Assembly (NCBI GenBank): GCA_036337435.1
Contig: JAYZEG010000072.1
Location: 1 to 36,625 of the forward strand
Length of the DNA stretch: 36,625 bases
DNA from: Myxococcota bacterium
GTDB taxonomy: Bacteria; Myxococcota_A; Bradymonadia; UBA7976; UBA1532
Direction: 5' to 3'
The position numbers were made by a program, and so were the translations under genes. Every line of letters begins with the position of its first letter. The first letter of the stretch is position 1. The notes beneath the pieces are model-generated. The model saw only the letters and a program-made list of their open reading frames with translations. It was not told where the DNA came from and ran no database searches. Below, one piece after another: positions 27,218 through 36,057 of the stretch.

Positions 27218-28918
27218 TTGCCTGAATTCAAGCGAACACTTCTGCGTCCTCACGCAGGCCGAATTATACTTCTTCTGCTTTGCTCGGCAGTATTAGCCAT
27301 ATTGACGGCGTCTTACGGGGCATTGGCTGGCCCCTTGCTAAAGGCATTATTTGGTGGCACACCTCTGGCTTGGCCCGCGATTCTGCTTCCTTATTTACCC
27401 CCCCCGCCGAGCGTTGAAACCTTACGGTCTGCCATCCCACTCACACTGATTTTATGTGCGTTTTGTAAAGGTGTTGCTCAGAATCGATATCGAGTGTGGC
27501 AAGCGATCTTGGTGGCTGGAGTCAACAGTCGCCTGCGCACGTTGTTACATCAAAAAACTGTTCGTTTATCGCCCGCTGCTCTCTCCGAATACGGTACGCC
27601 TGATATAATTAGTCGAGCGACCCATGATGTCGAAGCTGTGGGAAGGCTGGTTGGTCAAGGAACCATCGCGATTGTGCGCGATGGTTTGCAGATCGTTTTT
27701 CTATGCCTTGTCTGTCTAATCATTGATTGGCAAATGGCTTTAATTATCTTTCTGGTTTATCCATTGGCATTCTGGCCCATCATAAAAATTGGGAAGCGTT
27801 TGCGGAAGGCTGCTTTGAGCCATCATGACAAGCATTCCATACTCATGGGGGTCATTGACGACCATTTTCGACGCAGCCAGATCATCCAACTAGCGGAGGA
27901 TAAGCACTCTATCAGCCAGAGTTTCGAAGCCGCTAATTTAAAGCATAGGGATGCTCATGTTAAAGAAAGCCGTGTTGCAGCTTGGTCCAGTCCGATCACG
28001 GAAATTCTAGGTGCGGTTGCCCTGGCGGTTGGTGTTGTCTTCACGATACACCGAGTGGAAACCAGTTCCGTGGCACCAGAACATGTAATGAGCTTTTTAG
28101 CCGCTGTTTTGCTACTTTATCAACCTGTCAAGAACTTGGGTCGAATTCAGGCGATTCTAGAGCCTGGGCGAGCTGCCTTGATAAGGATAAATGCTGTTCT
28201 TTCAGATGAAAGATGTATCCCTACTGGTGGCCATCTCAGGTCACCTGAGGACATCCAGCTGATTCGATGCAGTCGTGTTAGTTTCTCCCATGGCTCCAAG
28301 GTTGTCTTTCAGGACTTAAATTGCGTTTTTAGGCGCGGGGACATTAACTTTCTCGTTGGTCCAAATGGAGCTGGGAAGTCGACGCTGGCTTGGATGGTAG
28401 CAGGTCTTCTAACCACATCAGATGGTGAGATTTGGGTGGATGAACACAGGCTGTCAGACCTGAACGCAGACCAGTGGAGGAGGGGCGTTGGCTGGGTCGC
28501 TCAAGACACCCGCATATCGGGTGGAACCATCCGACACAATCTCAGATTTGGCCATGGCCCCTGTGACGAAAAACACCTGCTTAGTGCATGCCAACAGGCA
28601 GGATTAGAACGGATGTTGGCGACACGCTCCGGTCTAGAAACGGATGTCGGCCACGAAGGACAGAGTCTGTCGGGTGGCGAGAGACGGAGGTTGGCCATCG
28701 CACGTGCTCTTTTAGGTAATCCGCGTATTTTGATCCTCGATGAGCCAACAACGCATTTAGACCAGGACAGTACGTCTAACTTGCGTGACACGTTAGCGAC
28801 CGTTGCGGATGAACGGTTAGTCATTGTCATCACTCATGACAGAGGTTGGTTAAAGGCAAGTGACCGAGTCGTCGAGTTGGGCAGACACAGTCAGGCCGCT
28901 GGTGATAGCAATGTCTGA
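27218..28918 (+). CDS. msbA: ABC exporter (TMD+NBD), probable lipid A flippase MsbA
   Basis: ABC_membrane region, GPNGAGKST, LSGGE, ILILDE, ITHD. The name rests on context next to DUF374, lpxK and lpxL-like genes; the sequence is divergent. Confidence 0.75.
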   Translation: MPEFKRTLLRPHAGRIILLLLCSAVLAILTASYGALAGPLLKALFGGTPLAWPAILLPYLPPPPSVETLRSAIPLTLILCAFCKGVAQNRYRVWQAILVAGVNSRLRTLLHQKTVRLSPAALSEYGTPDIISRATHDVEAVGRLVGQGTIAIVRDGLQIVFLCLVCLIIDWQMALIIFLVYPLAFWPIIKIGKRLRKAALSHHDKHSILMGVIDDHFRRSQIIQLAEDKHSISQSFEAANLKHRDAHVKESRVAAWSSPITEILGAVALAVGVVFTIHRVETSSVAPEHVMSFLAAVLLLYQPVKNLGRIQAILEPGRAALIRINAVLSDERCIPTGGHLRSPEDIQLIRCSRVSFSHGSKVVFQDLNCVFRRGDINFLVGPNGAGKSTLAWMVAGLLTTSDGEIWVDEHRLSDLNADQWRRGVGWVAQDTRISGGTIRHNLRFGHGPCDEKHLLSACQQAGLERMLATRSGLETDVGHEGQSLSGGERRRLAIARALLGNPRILILDEPTTHLDQDSTSNLRDTLATVADERLVIVITHDRGWLKASDRVVELGRHSQAAGDSNV

Positions 28919-29606
28919 CGAGAGCCGCTTCGAACAGCAACATGGGCACCCGATATCATACGGAATCCGTTTGACGAGCTTTGTTGTCTCGCTGGTCGTG
29001 CGATTCATCCTTTTGACCGTCCGTGTTCACAGAATTGGTCCACCATTTGACCGAAATGGCGTTATCGCTTTCTGGCATGGTGAACAGCTCCCCCTCCTAG
29101 CCGTGAGGCCGTCCATGGAATCCGTTGCCCCTGTGAGTTTGAGTAGAGACGGGACACTGCAAGCAAACATTCTTCGTCGTTTTGGCGTCACTTCGGTAAG
29201 GGGCTCGAGCAGTAGGGGGGGGCTGTCAGTTCTCAGAAATCTACTTCGTGAACTAAAAACTGGTAGAAGCCTTTTAGTTGCCGTCGATGGACCGAGGGGA
29301 CCACGTCATAAAGCAAAGCCAGGTGCTCAGTATCTCGCAAGGAAAGCAGGTGTTCCTTTATGGTGCATTAGTGCTTTCGCACCGCGTGCATTGCGTCTGC
29401 GAAAGTCTTGGGACCGGTTCCTAATTCCGCTGCCTTTCAGTAAGATTTATGTCTGTGTCAGTGAGCCCCACGACTTTAACGGGGCTGGCCCTCAAGAACT
29501 TGCCGTCGCTGACATTGAAAGAAGTCTTCATCGCTTAAAGGAGACTGCAAAGGCGTATGCGTCCGCCAATTCGTCCAGTTCGTTCAGTCCGAAAAATGAC
29601 ACTTGA
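28911..29606 (+). CDS. DUF374 lysophospholipid acyltransferase family protein (LpxJ-like lipid A secondary acyltransferase)
   Basis: AFWHGE, SLSRDG, VRGSSSRGG, VDGPRGP, SWDRFLIPLPF; ATG 28911 overlaps the msbA stop. Confidence 0.88.
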   Translation: MSDESRFEQQHGHPISYGIRLTSFVVSLVVRFILLTVRVHRIGPPFDRNGVIAFWHGEQLPLLAVRPSMESVAPVSLSRDGTLQANILRRFGVTSVRGSSSRGGLSVLRNLLRELKTGRSLLVAVDGPRGPRHKAKPGAQYLARKAGVPLWCISAFAPRALRLRKSWDRFLIPLPFSKIYVCVSEPHDFNGAGPQELAVADIERSLHRLKETAKAYASANSSSSFSPKNDT

Positions 29607-29812
29607 CCAACAGAATTCAATCAGCTGAGAATGTTTTTTGGTTCACTTGTCAAATATTTTTTATTTTTTGTGCGACAAATTGAGTTGTTGGGCATCGAAC
29701 AGTTAGACCGAGTTCGTGCGTACCTGGCACCGCACTTATTCGGGCGTAATTATTTAACCCGGGGTCGTGTGATAAACGTACTCATTAACGGCTTGTTTTT
29801 TACGACGAGAGG

Positions 29813-31372
29813 ATGGACATGAGTAGCAGCGATATCAAACCAGAGCGACAGACCTCGCCGGAAAGCGAACATGTCGACAGCCCGCCTGTGAAAAACAAGA
29901 CTGACGGGGAAAAAAAATCAGCTGAGCCTGGCCAAGGTGACTTGGACAGCGTCCGGATGTACTTGTCGGGTATCGGTTGTGTCGACCTCCTGACCCGGGA
30001 TGAAGAAGTTGAACTCGCGAAGGGCATCGAAAGCGCGCGCAATGCAGTGCTTGATGGCGTACTCGGCACTCAACTCGGGATCAGTACAGTCGTCGAACTG
30101 CCGAAGCTCGTTCGGAAGGGACTCAAAAGCCTCAGGCAAATCTTAGACGGCAGTTCTAATCAGGAGCCCGACGAAGAAACTGGACTCAACGGCGTTGAGC
30201 GGATCGAGGCTGTCGCGGTAGAAATAAAAAGCGTAGCGAGGGCAAGGCAGCGGAGTGCCACTCGCATCACGAAGACGGCCCGCCGTAAAAATCGAGATTA
30301 CAACACCGAGCTTCGGGATCTAGTCGTTCGAATGCGCGTGAGCTGGAACGTCATTGTTGGCATTGCCGATGAACTTCGGAGTGCCCGGAATGAAATCCGA
30401 GAATGGCGGCGCGTAATTACCGAGTACGCGTCTCTGTGTGGCGATGTGGTACTTGATATTCGCCTTGAAGATGGCAAGACGATAGAACCAGAAAAGCCAG
30501 ATACCCTCGATGAACTTACTTGGAGGGAACTCGTGGCCAGTGTGGAGAAAGCACTGCGCCGCAACACGGATATCGAAAATCGCATTGGGCTCAACTTCGA
30601 GTCGCTCAAACAGCGGGTCCGACTCATCGATCGCAACTTGAGAGAGTTGGAGCGAGCAAAAAGTGCGATGATCTTAGCCAATCTGCGATTAGTCGTCAGC
30701 ATAGCCAAACGGTATGTCAACCATGGCTTGCACTTTCTGGATTTAATTCAGGAGGGAAACATCGGTCTGATGCGAGCGGTCGACAAGTTCGAGTATCAAC
30801 GAGGTCATAAGTTTAGCACCTACGCAACTTGGTGGATTCGCCAGGCTATAACAAGAGCCATCGCGGATCAGGCGAGAACCATCAGGATCCCAGTTCATTT
30901 AATCGAGACCATCAATAAAATTGCTCGGGTTGCGAAGTCGATGGAGCAAGAACTCGGTAGGAAGCCCCACCCGGAGGAAATCGCGCGTCATCTCGATATG
31001 ACCATTGAACAAGTGCAACGGGCTCTGAAGATCACGCGAGGTCCGATCTCACTTGAAACGCCGGTGGGTGAAGATGACAGTAAGCTCGGAGACTTCATCG
31101 AAGACACGGCCACGTTGTCTCCGGACCAGTCTGCGACCAACCTGCTGATGAATGAAGAAACGAAGCGAATCCTTGGGACATTATCGGACCGAGAGTCGGA
31201 GGTGCTCCGCTTGCGATTCGGCATCGGCAAACGGCAGGACCATACCTTGGAAGAAGTGGGCAAGGTATTCGACCTGACCCGAGAGCGGATTCGCCAAATC
31301 GAAGCCCAGGCCCTACGCAAATTAAGGCAGCCACGACGAAGCGAATTCTTAAAGACTTTCTACGAGACTTGA
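29813..31372 (+). CDS. RpoD-like sigma-70 factor lacking region 1.1 (probable RpoD paralogue)
   Basis: Region 1.2 [19 protein letters not shown]; ~200-aa non-conserved region; region 2 [59 protein letters not shown]; region 4 [20 protein letters not shown]. Confidence 0.92.
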   Translation: MDMSSSDIKPERQTSPESEHVDSPPVKNKTDGEKKSAEPGQGDLDSVRMYLSGIGCVDLLTRDEEVELAKGIESARNAVLDGVLGTQLGISTVVELPKLVRKGLKSLRQILDGSSNQEPDEETGLNGVERIEAVAVEIKSVARARQRSATRITKTARRKNRDYNTELRDLVVRMRVSWNVIVGIADELRSARNEIREWRRVITEYASLCGDVVLDIRLEDGKTIEPEKPDTLDELTWRELVASVEKALRRNTDIENRIGLNFESLKQRVRLIDRNLRELERAKSAMILANLRLVVSIAKRYVNHGLHFLDLIQEGNIGLMRAVDKFEYQRGHKFSTYATWWIRQAITRAIADQARTIRIPVHLIETINKIARVAKSMEQELGRKPHPEEIARHLDMTIEQVQRALKITRGPISLETPVGEDDSKLGDFIEDTATLSPDQSATNLLMNEETKRILGTLSDRESEVLRLRFGIGKRQDHTLEEVGKVFDLTRERIRQIEAQALRKLRQPRRSEFLKTFYET

Positions 31373-31439
31373 GGGCAAAAAACGCTCGTTCGAATTTCTT
31401 CTTATCAACCTCACCAAGATTGTCTAGATTGATGGGGCT

Positions 31440-32450
31440 ATGCCGACCCCCCACGATACTTTCACCACATCAGCGGACTTTTATGCTCGGTTAGAAGCGT
31501 GGGCCACGAATCGGACAGATGGGTCATTGCGTCGTTGCTTGGCGGCCGTGGTTGGAAACTATGCATTTCTTCGGAGGCACTTGAAGCCGCGGCATGTGTC
31601 ATCTGTGCCTACTTTGGTTGTGGGAAGCCTCATGGTTGGAGGTGCGGGAAAGACCCCAATCGTTAGATATCTTGCAATGCGCTGCCGCGATTTTGGACGC
31701 TGTGCTGTTGTATGTCGCGGTTGGAAAGGGCAAATCAAGCAGGCCACTGTTGTTGAACCGACCATGGGTGCTCAAGACGTCGGAGATGAAGCAGTTTGGT
31801 TTCGTAAGGCATTACCTCGAGATGTGAGTGTAATTGCCAGTCCGGACCTGGCGGCGGGACAGCGACTCGCGGAGCGAATGGCTGACGTCATCGTCGTCGA
31901 TGATGGGTTTCAGTCCTGGAGCCTTCCGAGGACCGCCGATATCGTCGTCGTAAAGCCAAGCCTGGCATCAGGCGTCATCCCGAATGGTTGCCTGCGCGAG
32001 GGCACCTCAGCTTTAAAGAGTGCAGATCTGTTGTGGAGTCATGAAAACGAATCTGAGGCAGAGTCTGCAGCGCGACCGGAGACGCATTTTTGTGTTCGGA
32101 GTCGATATCGATTGAGCTACCTGACAACGACGTTGGGCAAAGATCTTCCGCGAGACTGGCTGGAAGGACGTAGAGTTACCGTGGCGTCAGGATTGGGCCG
32201 CAATGAGTCGTTCTTAAAAACCGTCTTGGATGCAGGTGCACAAATTGAGCATGTGATTAAATGTGGAGACCACCGGCCCATAAGTAAAGAGATGTTCAAA
32301 GGGATTACAGGGCTTCCCATAGTGATTACCGAAAAAGATGCCGTTAAGTGGAGGCATGATTTTCCGGCTGTTGTGGCCGGTGTTACAATTGAAATTCTCG
32401 AAGGTAGCAAACGACTCGATGCCCAATTGGATAGGTGGTGTCGACTGTGA
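31440..32450 (+). CDS. lpxK: Tetraacyldisaccharide 4'-kinase
   Basis: VVGSLMVGGAGKTP P-loop, GDEA, VDDGFQ, LRE, DH, ITEKDAVK. Confidence 0.9.
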   Translation: MPTPHDTFTTSADFYARLEAWATNRTDGSLRRCLAAVVGNYAFLRRHLKPRHVSSVPTLVVGSLMVGGAGKTPIVRYLAMRCRDFGRCAVVCRGWKGQIKQATVVEPTMGAQDVGDEAVWFRKALPRDVSVIASPDLAAGQRLAERMADVIVVDDGFQSWSLPRTADIVVVKPSLASGVIPNGCLREGTSALKSADLLWSHENESEAESAARPETHFCVRSRYRLSYLTTTLGKDLPRDWLEGRRVTVASGLGRNESFLKTVLDAGAQIEHVIKCGDHRPISKEMFKGITGLPIVITEKDAVKWRHDFPAVVAGVTIEILEGSKRLDAQLDRWCRL

Positions 32451-33319
32451 AACGTGGTGCCATTTCATTGCTGGTGGCTTCGGGCGCGTTTTTGGCGAGA
32501 ACTGTGCCGTATGCCTTCCTTTTTTTGGTCTCACGATGTCTCGGAGCCATTTGGTATTGGCTGATTCCGGTTCGGAACACTGTAGCATGTGACAACATTG
32601 CACACGCGCTTAAATTGTCTCCAGCGGCTTCCAAAAAACTCACTAGGCGAATGTACAACCATCTTTGCTTGTCCGTCCTAGAACTCTTCCGCTACGGGAC
32701 TCAGCGCGGACTCAAACTTCCTTACGTAGTTGAAGGTGAAGAGCATTTGCGTAAGCTGATGGACTCTGGACAAGGCGCATTCTTATTGACGGCTCATTTA
32801 GGGAACTGGGAAGTCCTTGCGCGTTACGGCGAGGAATTGCCCGGCCCGGTGCGCATTGTGCGAAAAAAACTGTCCATCTCTTTTTGGCACGAGCTTTGGT
32901 TAGAGCTGCGTGCCGGGGGGCCGAAGCAAATCAGTACGGATAAAACGGCAGTGGGCCTGACGCGCTTTGTCAGAAAAGGCGGTATGGTCGGTATGGTCCT
33001 GGACCAGCATGCCACCGAGGCCAGTGCCATCCGATTGCCTTTTTTTGGGCGGAAGGCCTCAACCAGCACAGGGATGGTCAGGCTCGCCAGGATGCTTCAA
33101 GCACCGATCGTTCCTATTTTTAGCTATCGTCGCTCGGGTTTACACATGATCAAAATCGGCAAGCCGTTTCTAATTGAACGGACGATGTCTCGGTCATGCG
33201 ATGTTGCGAACGGTGTCAGGGTCTGTTTAAGACACATAGAAACGGCTATTGAAGAGTCACCAGAGCAATGGCTATGGATTCATCGGCGCTGGAAACCGGA
33301 TCCAAAAGTGCCGAGCTAA
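32447..33319 (+). CDS. Lipid A late acyltransferase (LpxL/HtrB/MsbB family)
   Basis: AHLGNWE, LDQ, PFFG, PEQWLWIHRRWK; GTGA overlap with the lpxK stop. Confidence 0.9.
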   Translation: MKRGAISLLVASGAFLARTVPYAFLFLVSRCLGAIWYWLIPVRNTVACDNIAHALKLSPAASKKLTRRMYNHLCLSVLELFRYGTQRGLKLPYVVEGEEHLRKLMDSGQGAFLLTAHLGNWEVLARYGEELPGPVRIVRKKLSISFWHELWLELRAGGPKQISTDKTAVGLTRFVRKGGMVGMVLDQHATEASAIRLPFFGRKASTSTGMVRLARMLQAPIVPIFSYRRSGLHMIKIGKPFLIERTMSRSCDVANGVRVCLRHIETAIEESPEQWLWIHRRWKPDPKVPS

Positions 33320-33466
33320 CCCCGAAAATTTCGGTGAGCCTTACGTAGACTGACTGACGGCGGAGAAACCATTTTTAAGCCGGTCGCCTCATTTTAGTTT
33401 GATTCTCAACGGATTATATTTGGCCTGGTGAAAAATATTTTCGGTTGCTCTGAATAATATAGTGAC

Positions 33467-34031
33467 AGACACGTTTGCTTACCGGAGGACCAGTCCGCTT
33501 GGACTCATGGTGGTCCGGTTGTACTCTTCGGCTGGAGGTGTCTTTACCAAAAAAACGGCGGCGGCTCTGGGCGTTACGTCACACCACGATGTGCCATCAG
33601 TAATTCTGGAGGTAGATGGCTTGATAGCGCATAGCTATCGAGGTGTTATTCTGAATGATGATTGTCGAGTTGGCTATTTGATGGTTCAGGCGTCGGCTAT
33701 ATGACATCTTTTTGGGTTAAGTGAGTGCACTTCAATCGTGGTTGTTACACCTCAGATCCTCATCTGACGGTGGCTGAAACCTGGTTTCCCAAGGAGAGCT
33801 GGTGGTTTCAAATCGGCCCTTGGGGCCGTTGTTTCGCTTGGTAATGAAGCGAACTTGTCGACGTGACAATTAAGATAGGGTAAAAGGCATAAAAGTTTGG
33901 CTGAGGAGCAAACTAATTGAACCTAAGTCAGACCAAGAGGTTTTTGGAAGTCTGTGTGCTTGGCTAATGCTGGTTAGGCAACAGAAATCGTAAATTAGAG
34001 TTGGAGGACGTGTTGCTCCAACGAACTTTCT
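33467..34031. other. Hairpin-dense intergenic region; candidate structured ncRNA or long 5' leader
   Basis: About ten consecutive inverted repeats of 5-7 bp, several extendable across bulges (listed in findings); no match by eye to any RNA family I know. Confidence 0.35.
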
Positions 34032-34053
34032 ATCGTCATAAAAGGAACGAAGA

Positions 34054-34659
34054 ATGAGAAAAGTTCTAGTAAATGGTTTGCTTGCAATGGCAATGGTTTT
34101 GGGCATGGCGACTGTCGCCCAAGCTAAGAAGATGGGTTGCACATGTCAGCTCTTTTCCGACGTTGATAAATCTCACGTTGGTACATGGCAAGGTAATGTT
34201 AAGAAGAGCATGCTCGGTCGACTTGCAACCGAGAAGAAGAACGCGAACAGCGCGTGCGAAAGCGCAACTGCAGCGAAAGCGGTCGACTGTAAAAAGTGCT
34301 CCTGCGGTGACCCGATCGGAAGCCCCTACGGTACACGTATCAAGAAGGAAATCGCAGCTAAGAAGAAAGCTGCTGACGAGGCCAAGGCTGCGAAGCTAGC
34401 CGCGGACAAGAAGGCCGCTGCTGAGGCAGACGCAGCAAAAGCAAAAGCCGAAGCGGAAAAGGCAAAGGCTGAGGCTGCCAAAGCAAAGGCCGACGCTGAC
34501 AAAGCCAAGATTGCAGCTGACGAGAAGGCAAAGGCCGAAGCTGCAGCGAAAGCAAAGGCTGACGCAGAAGCTAAGGCTAAGGCTGAGGCAGCAGAAAAAG
34601 CTGCAGCCGAGAAACCAGCGGCAGCACCAGCAGCAGCACCAGCTGAAGAGAAGAAATAA
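34054..34659 (+). CDS. Secreted protein with a small 6-Cys domain and long Ala/Lys/Glu helical tail
   Basis: Signal peptide ending VAQA; CTC, C and CKKCSC; (A)KAEA/KADA repeats; AAAGGA SD; strong GCT/GCA/AAG codon bias. Confidence 0.85.
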   Translation: MRKVLVNGLLAMAMVLGMATVAQAKKMGCTCQLFSDVDKSHVGTWQGNVKKSMLGRLATEKKNANSACESATAAKAVDCKKCSCGDPIGSPYGTRIKKEIAAKKKAADEAKAAKLAADKKAAAEADAAKAKAEAEKAKAEAAKAKADADKAKIAADEKAKAEAAAKAKADAEAKAKAEAAEKAAAEKPAAAPAAAPAEEKK

Positions 34660-34740
34660 GACGAGTTCGCTCGCGAACCATCGAAACTCTCGCCACGAGA
34701 GTCTTCGATGAATGATTGAGTCCATCTTGGTTCAATTGTG

Positions 34741-34778
34741 TAAAGGCGCCCACTTCTTAGTGGGCGCCTTTATTTTTT
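34741..34778 (+). terminator. Rho-independent terminator
   Basis: Perfect 14-bp inverted repeat TAAAGGCGCCCACT-TCTT-AGTGGGCGCCTTTA followed by TTTTTT. Confidence 0.9.
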
Positions 34779-34815
34779 GGTAGACTAACATGAACGAGTG
34801 TGAGGCGTTGAGAAG

Positions 34816-36057
34816 GTGAAGCTAGCAGTTACAATTCCGGACGGTGTGCGGAGGATCATTGACACGTTGGGGTCCAACGATTTTGAAGCATATCTTGTAG
34901 GTGGTTGCGTCCGAGATGGGCTGCTAGGCCGAGAGACAAATGATTGGGATATTACTACCAACGCCAAGCCGGACCAGGTGCAAGGCTTGTTCGAAAAGGT
35001 CATACTGACCGGTTTGCAGCATGGCACTGTGACCGTTGTTCTCGGTGATGGTCATTACGAAGTGACGACATATCGAATCGACGTGAGCTACACGGATGGG
35101 CGTCGGCCGGACGAGGTTCAGTTTACGTCGGCTCTCGAGGATGACCTTGCGAGGCGAGACTTTACCGTTAATGCAATTGCATACGATCCGAGAGCGGATC
35201 GCTTATGTGATCCTTTTGGTGGCCAGGTCGATCTCCGGGGACGTCAGATCCGAGCAGTCGGCATTCCGCGCGACCGGTTACAGGAAGATGGGCTCAGATC
35301 TTTTCGAGCGATTCGTTTTGCGTGCTCATTGAATTTTGAGATTGAAAGAACCTTGAGCGATGCCCTGGCGAATACCCATGAATCGGTCAAGAAGGTCAGT
35401 ATCGAACGGATTTATATTGAGGTCAGAAAGACGTTGATGTCAAAGCAGGCGGGGCGCGGCCTGACTCTCCTTTACGAGAGTGGTTTGCTAAGTACTGGTC
35501 TGCCCTTTTTAGGCCCCCTTAAAGGGTCAGTTGTGTCGAGATTGGCAGCTGTGATGGATAGGATTGATACCAACTGGCACTCGCGATTTGCAGCCTTCAT
35601 TGGACTCTCTGACGTCAAGCCGGATGAATTGTGCAAGGCACTGAAGGTGCCGAATCAGATTCAAATGGCCGTTCGGAAAATTAATTCTGTTTTAAGTTGG
35701 GCTGTATCGCAGGCAAGGCCCGATATTTGTGCTCTTCTCGCATTGGTCGGGCGGGACTATTGGCGCGATGGATTTGCTTTACGTTCGATTATACAATCTG
35801 AGGATAAGCCTGCGATCGACGCTGTGGTGGAGATAATTGAGCAGAACCGATTGAGTAACTTACCGCTGTATTCCAGGGAGTTGGCTGTTTCCGGACATGA
35901 GATTATGGACGCAGTTCGCATAAAACCATCGAAGAGAGTTGGTTTGATTATGGACACCCTTTTAGACTCGGTCTGGAAAGGTCATGTTCCCAACAAAAAA
36001 CACGAGTTACTGGTCATGTCGGTGGCTATAAATAGCCAAATGGATGCTCACACATGA
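34816..36057 (+). CDS. cca: Class II CCA-adding tRNA nucleotidyltransferase
   Basis: LVGGCVRD..DWDITT (motif A), EVTTYR plus flexible loop DVSYTDGRRP, DLARRDFTVNA (motif B), EDGLR (motif D), SIERI. Lacks the poly(A)-polymerase (L/I/V)GRRF signature. Confidence 0.85.
   Translation: MKLAVTIPDGVRRIIDTLGSNDFEAYLVGGCVRDGLLGRETNDWDITTNAKPDQVQGLFEKVILTGLQHGTVTVVLGDGHYEVTTYRIDVSYTDGRRPDEVQFTSALEDDLARRDFTVNAIAYDPRADRLCDPFGGQVDLRGRQIRAVGIPRDRLQEDGLRSFRAIRFACSLNFEIERTLSDALANTHESVKKVSIERIYIEVRKTLMSKQAGRGLTLLYESGLLSTGLPFLGPLKGSVVSRLAAVMDRIDTNWHSRFAAFIGLSDVKPDELCKALKVPNQIQMAVRKINSVLSWAVSQARPDICALLALVGRDYWRDGFALRSIIQSEDKPAIDAVVEIIEQNRLSNLPLYSRELAVSGHEIMDAVRIKPSKRVGLIMDTLLDSVWKGHVPNKKHELLVMSVAINSQMDAHT

Noticed and set aside
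29631..29822. 63-aa ORF upstream of the sigma gene, as a leader peptide or detached region 1.1
   Set aside because: Phe-rich translation of an AT-rich promoter-like stretch, no SD, and no resemblance to the acidic region 1.1.
29813..31372. Naming the sigma factor rpoD
   Set aside because: Region 1.1 is absent and there is no dnaG context; primary status cannot be established from this window.
33462..33704. 80-aa ORF in the long intergenic region
   Set aside because: GTG start without a convincing SD, no recognisable motif, and it overlaps the hairpin array; not excluded but unsupported.
34054..34659. Call as tolA, histone H1-like protein or c-type cytochrome
   Set aside because: Similarity is limited to Ala/Lys low complexity; the signal peptide looks cleavable, there is no TolA domain III, and CKKCS is not CxxCH.
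34816..36057. Poly(A) polymerase pcnB
   Set aside because: The PAP-specific GRRF-type signature is absent (ILTGLQHG at that position); loop and length fit a CCA-adding enzyme.
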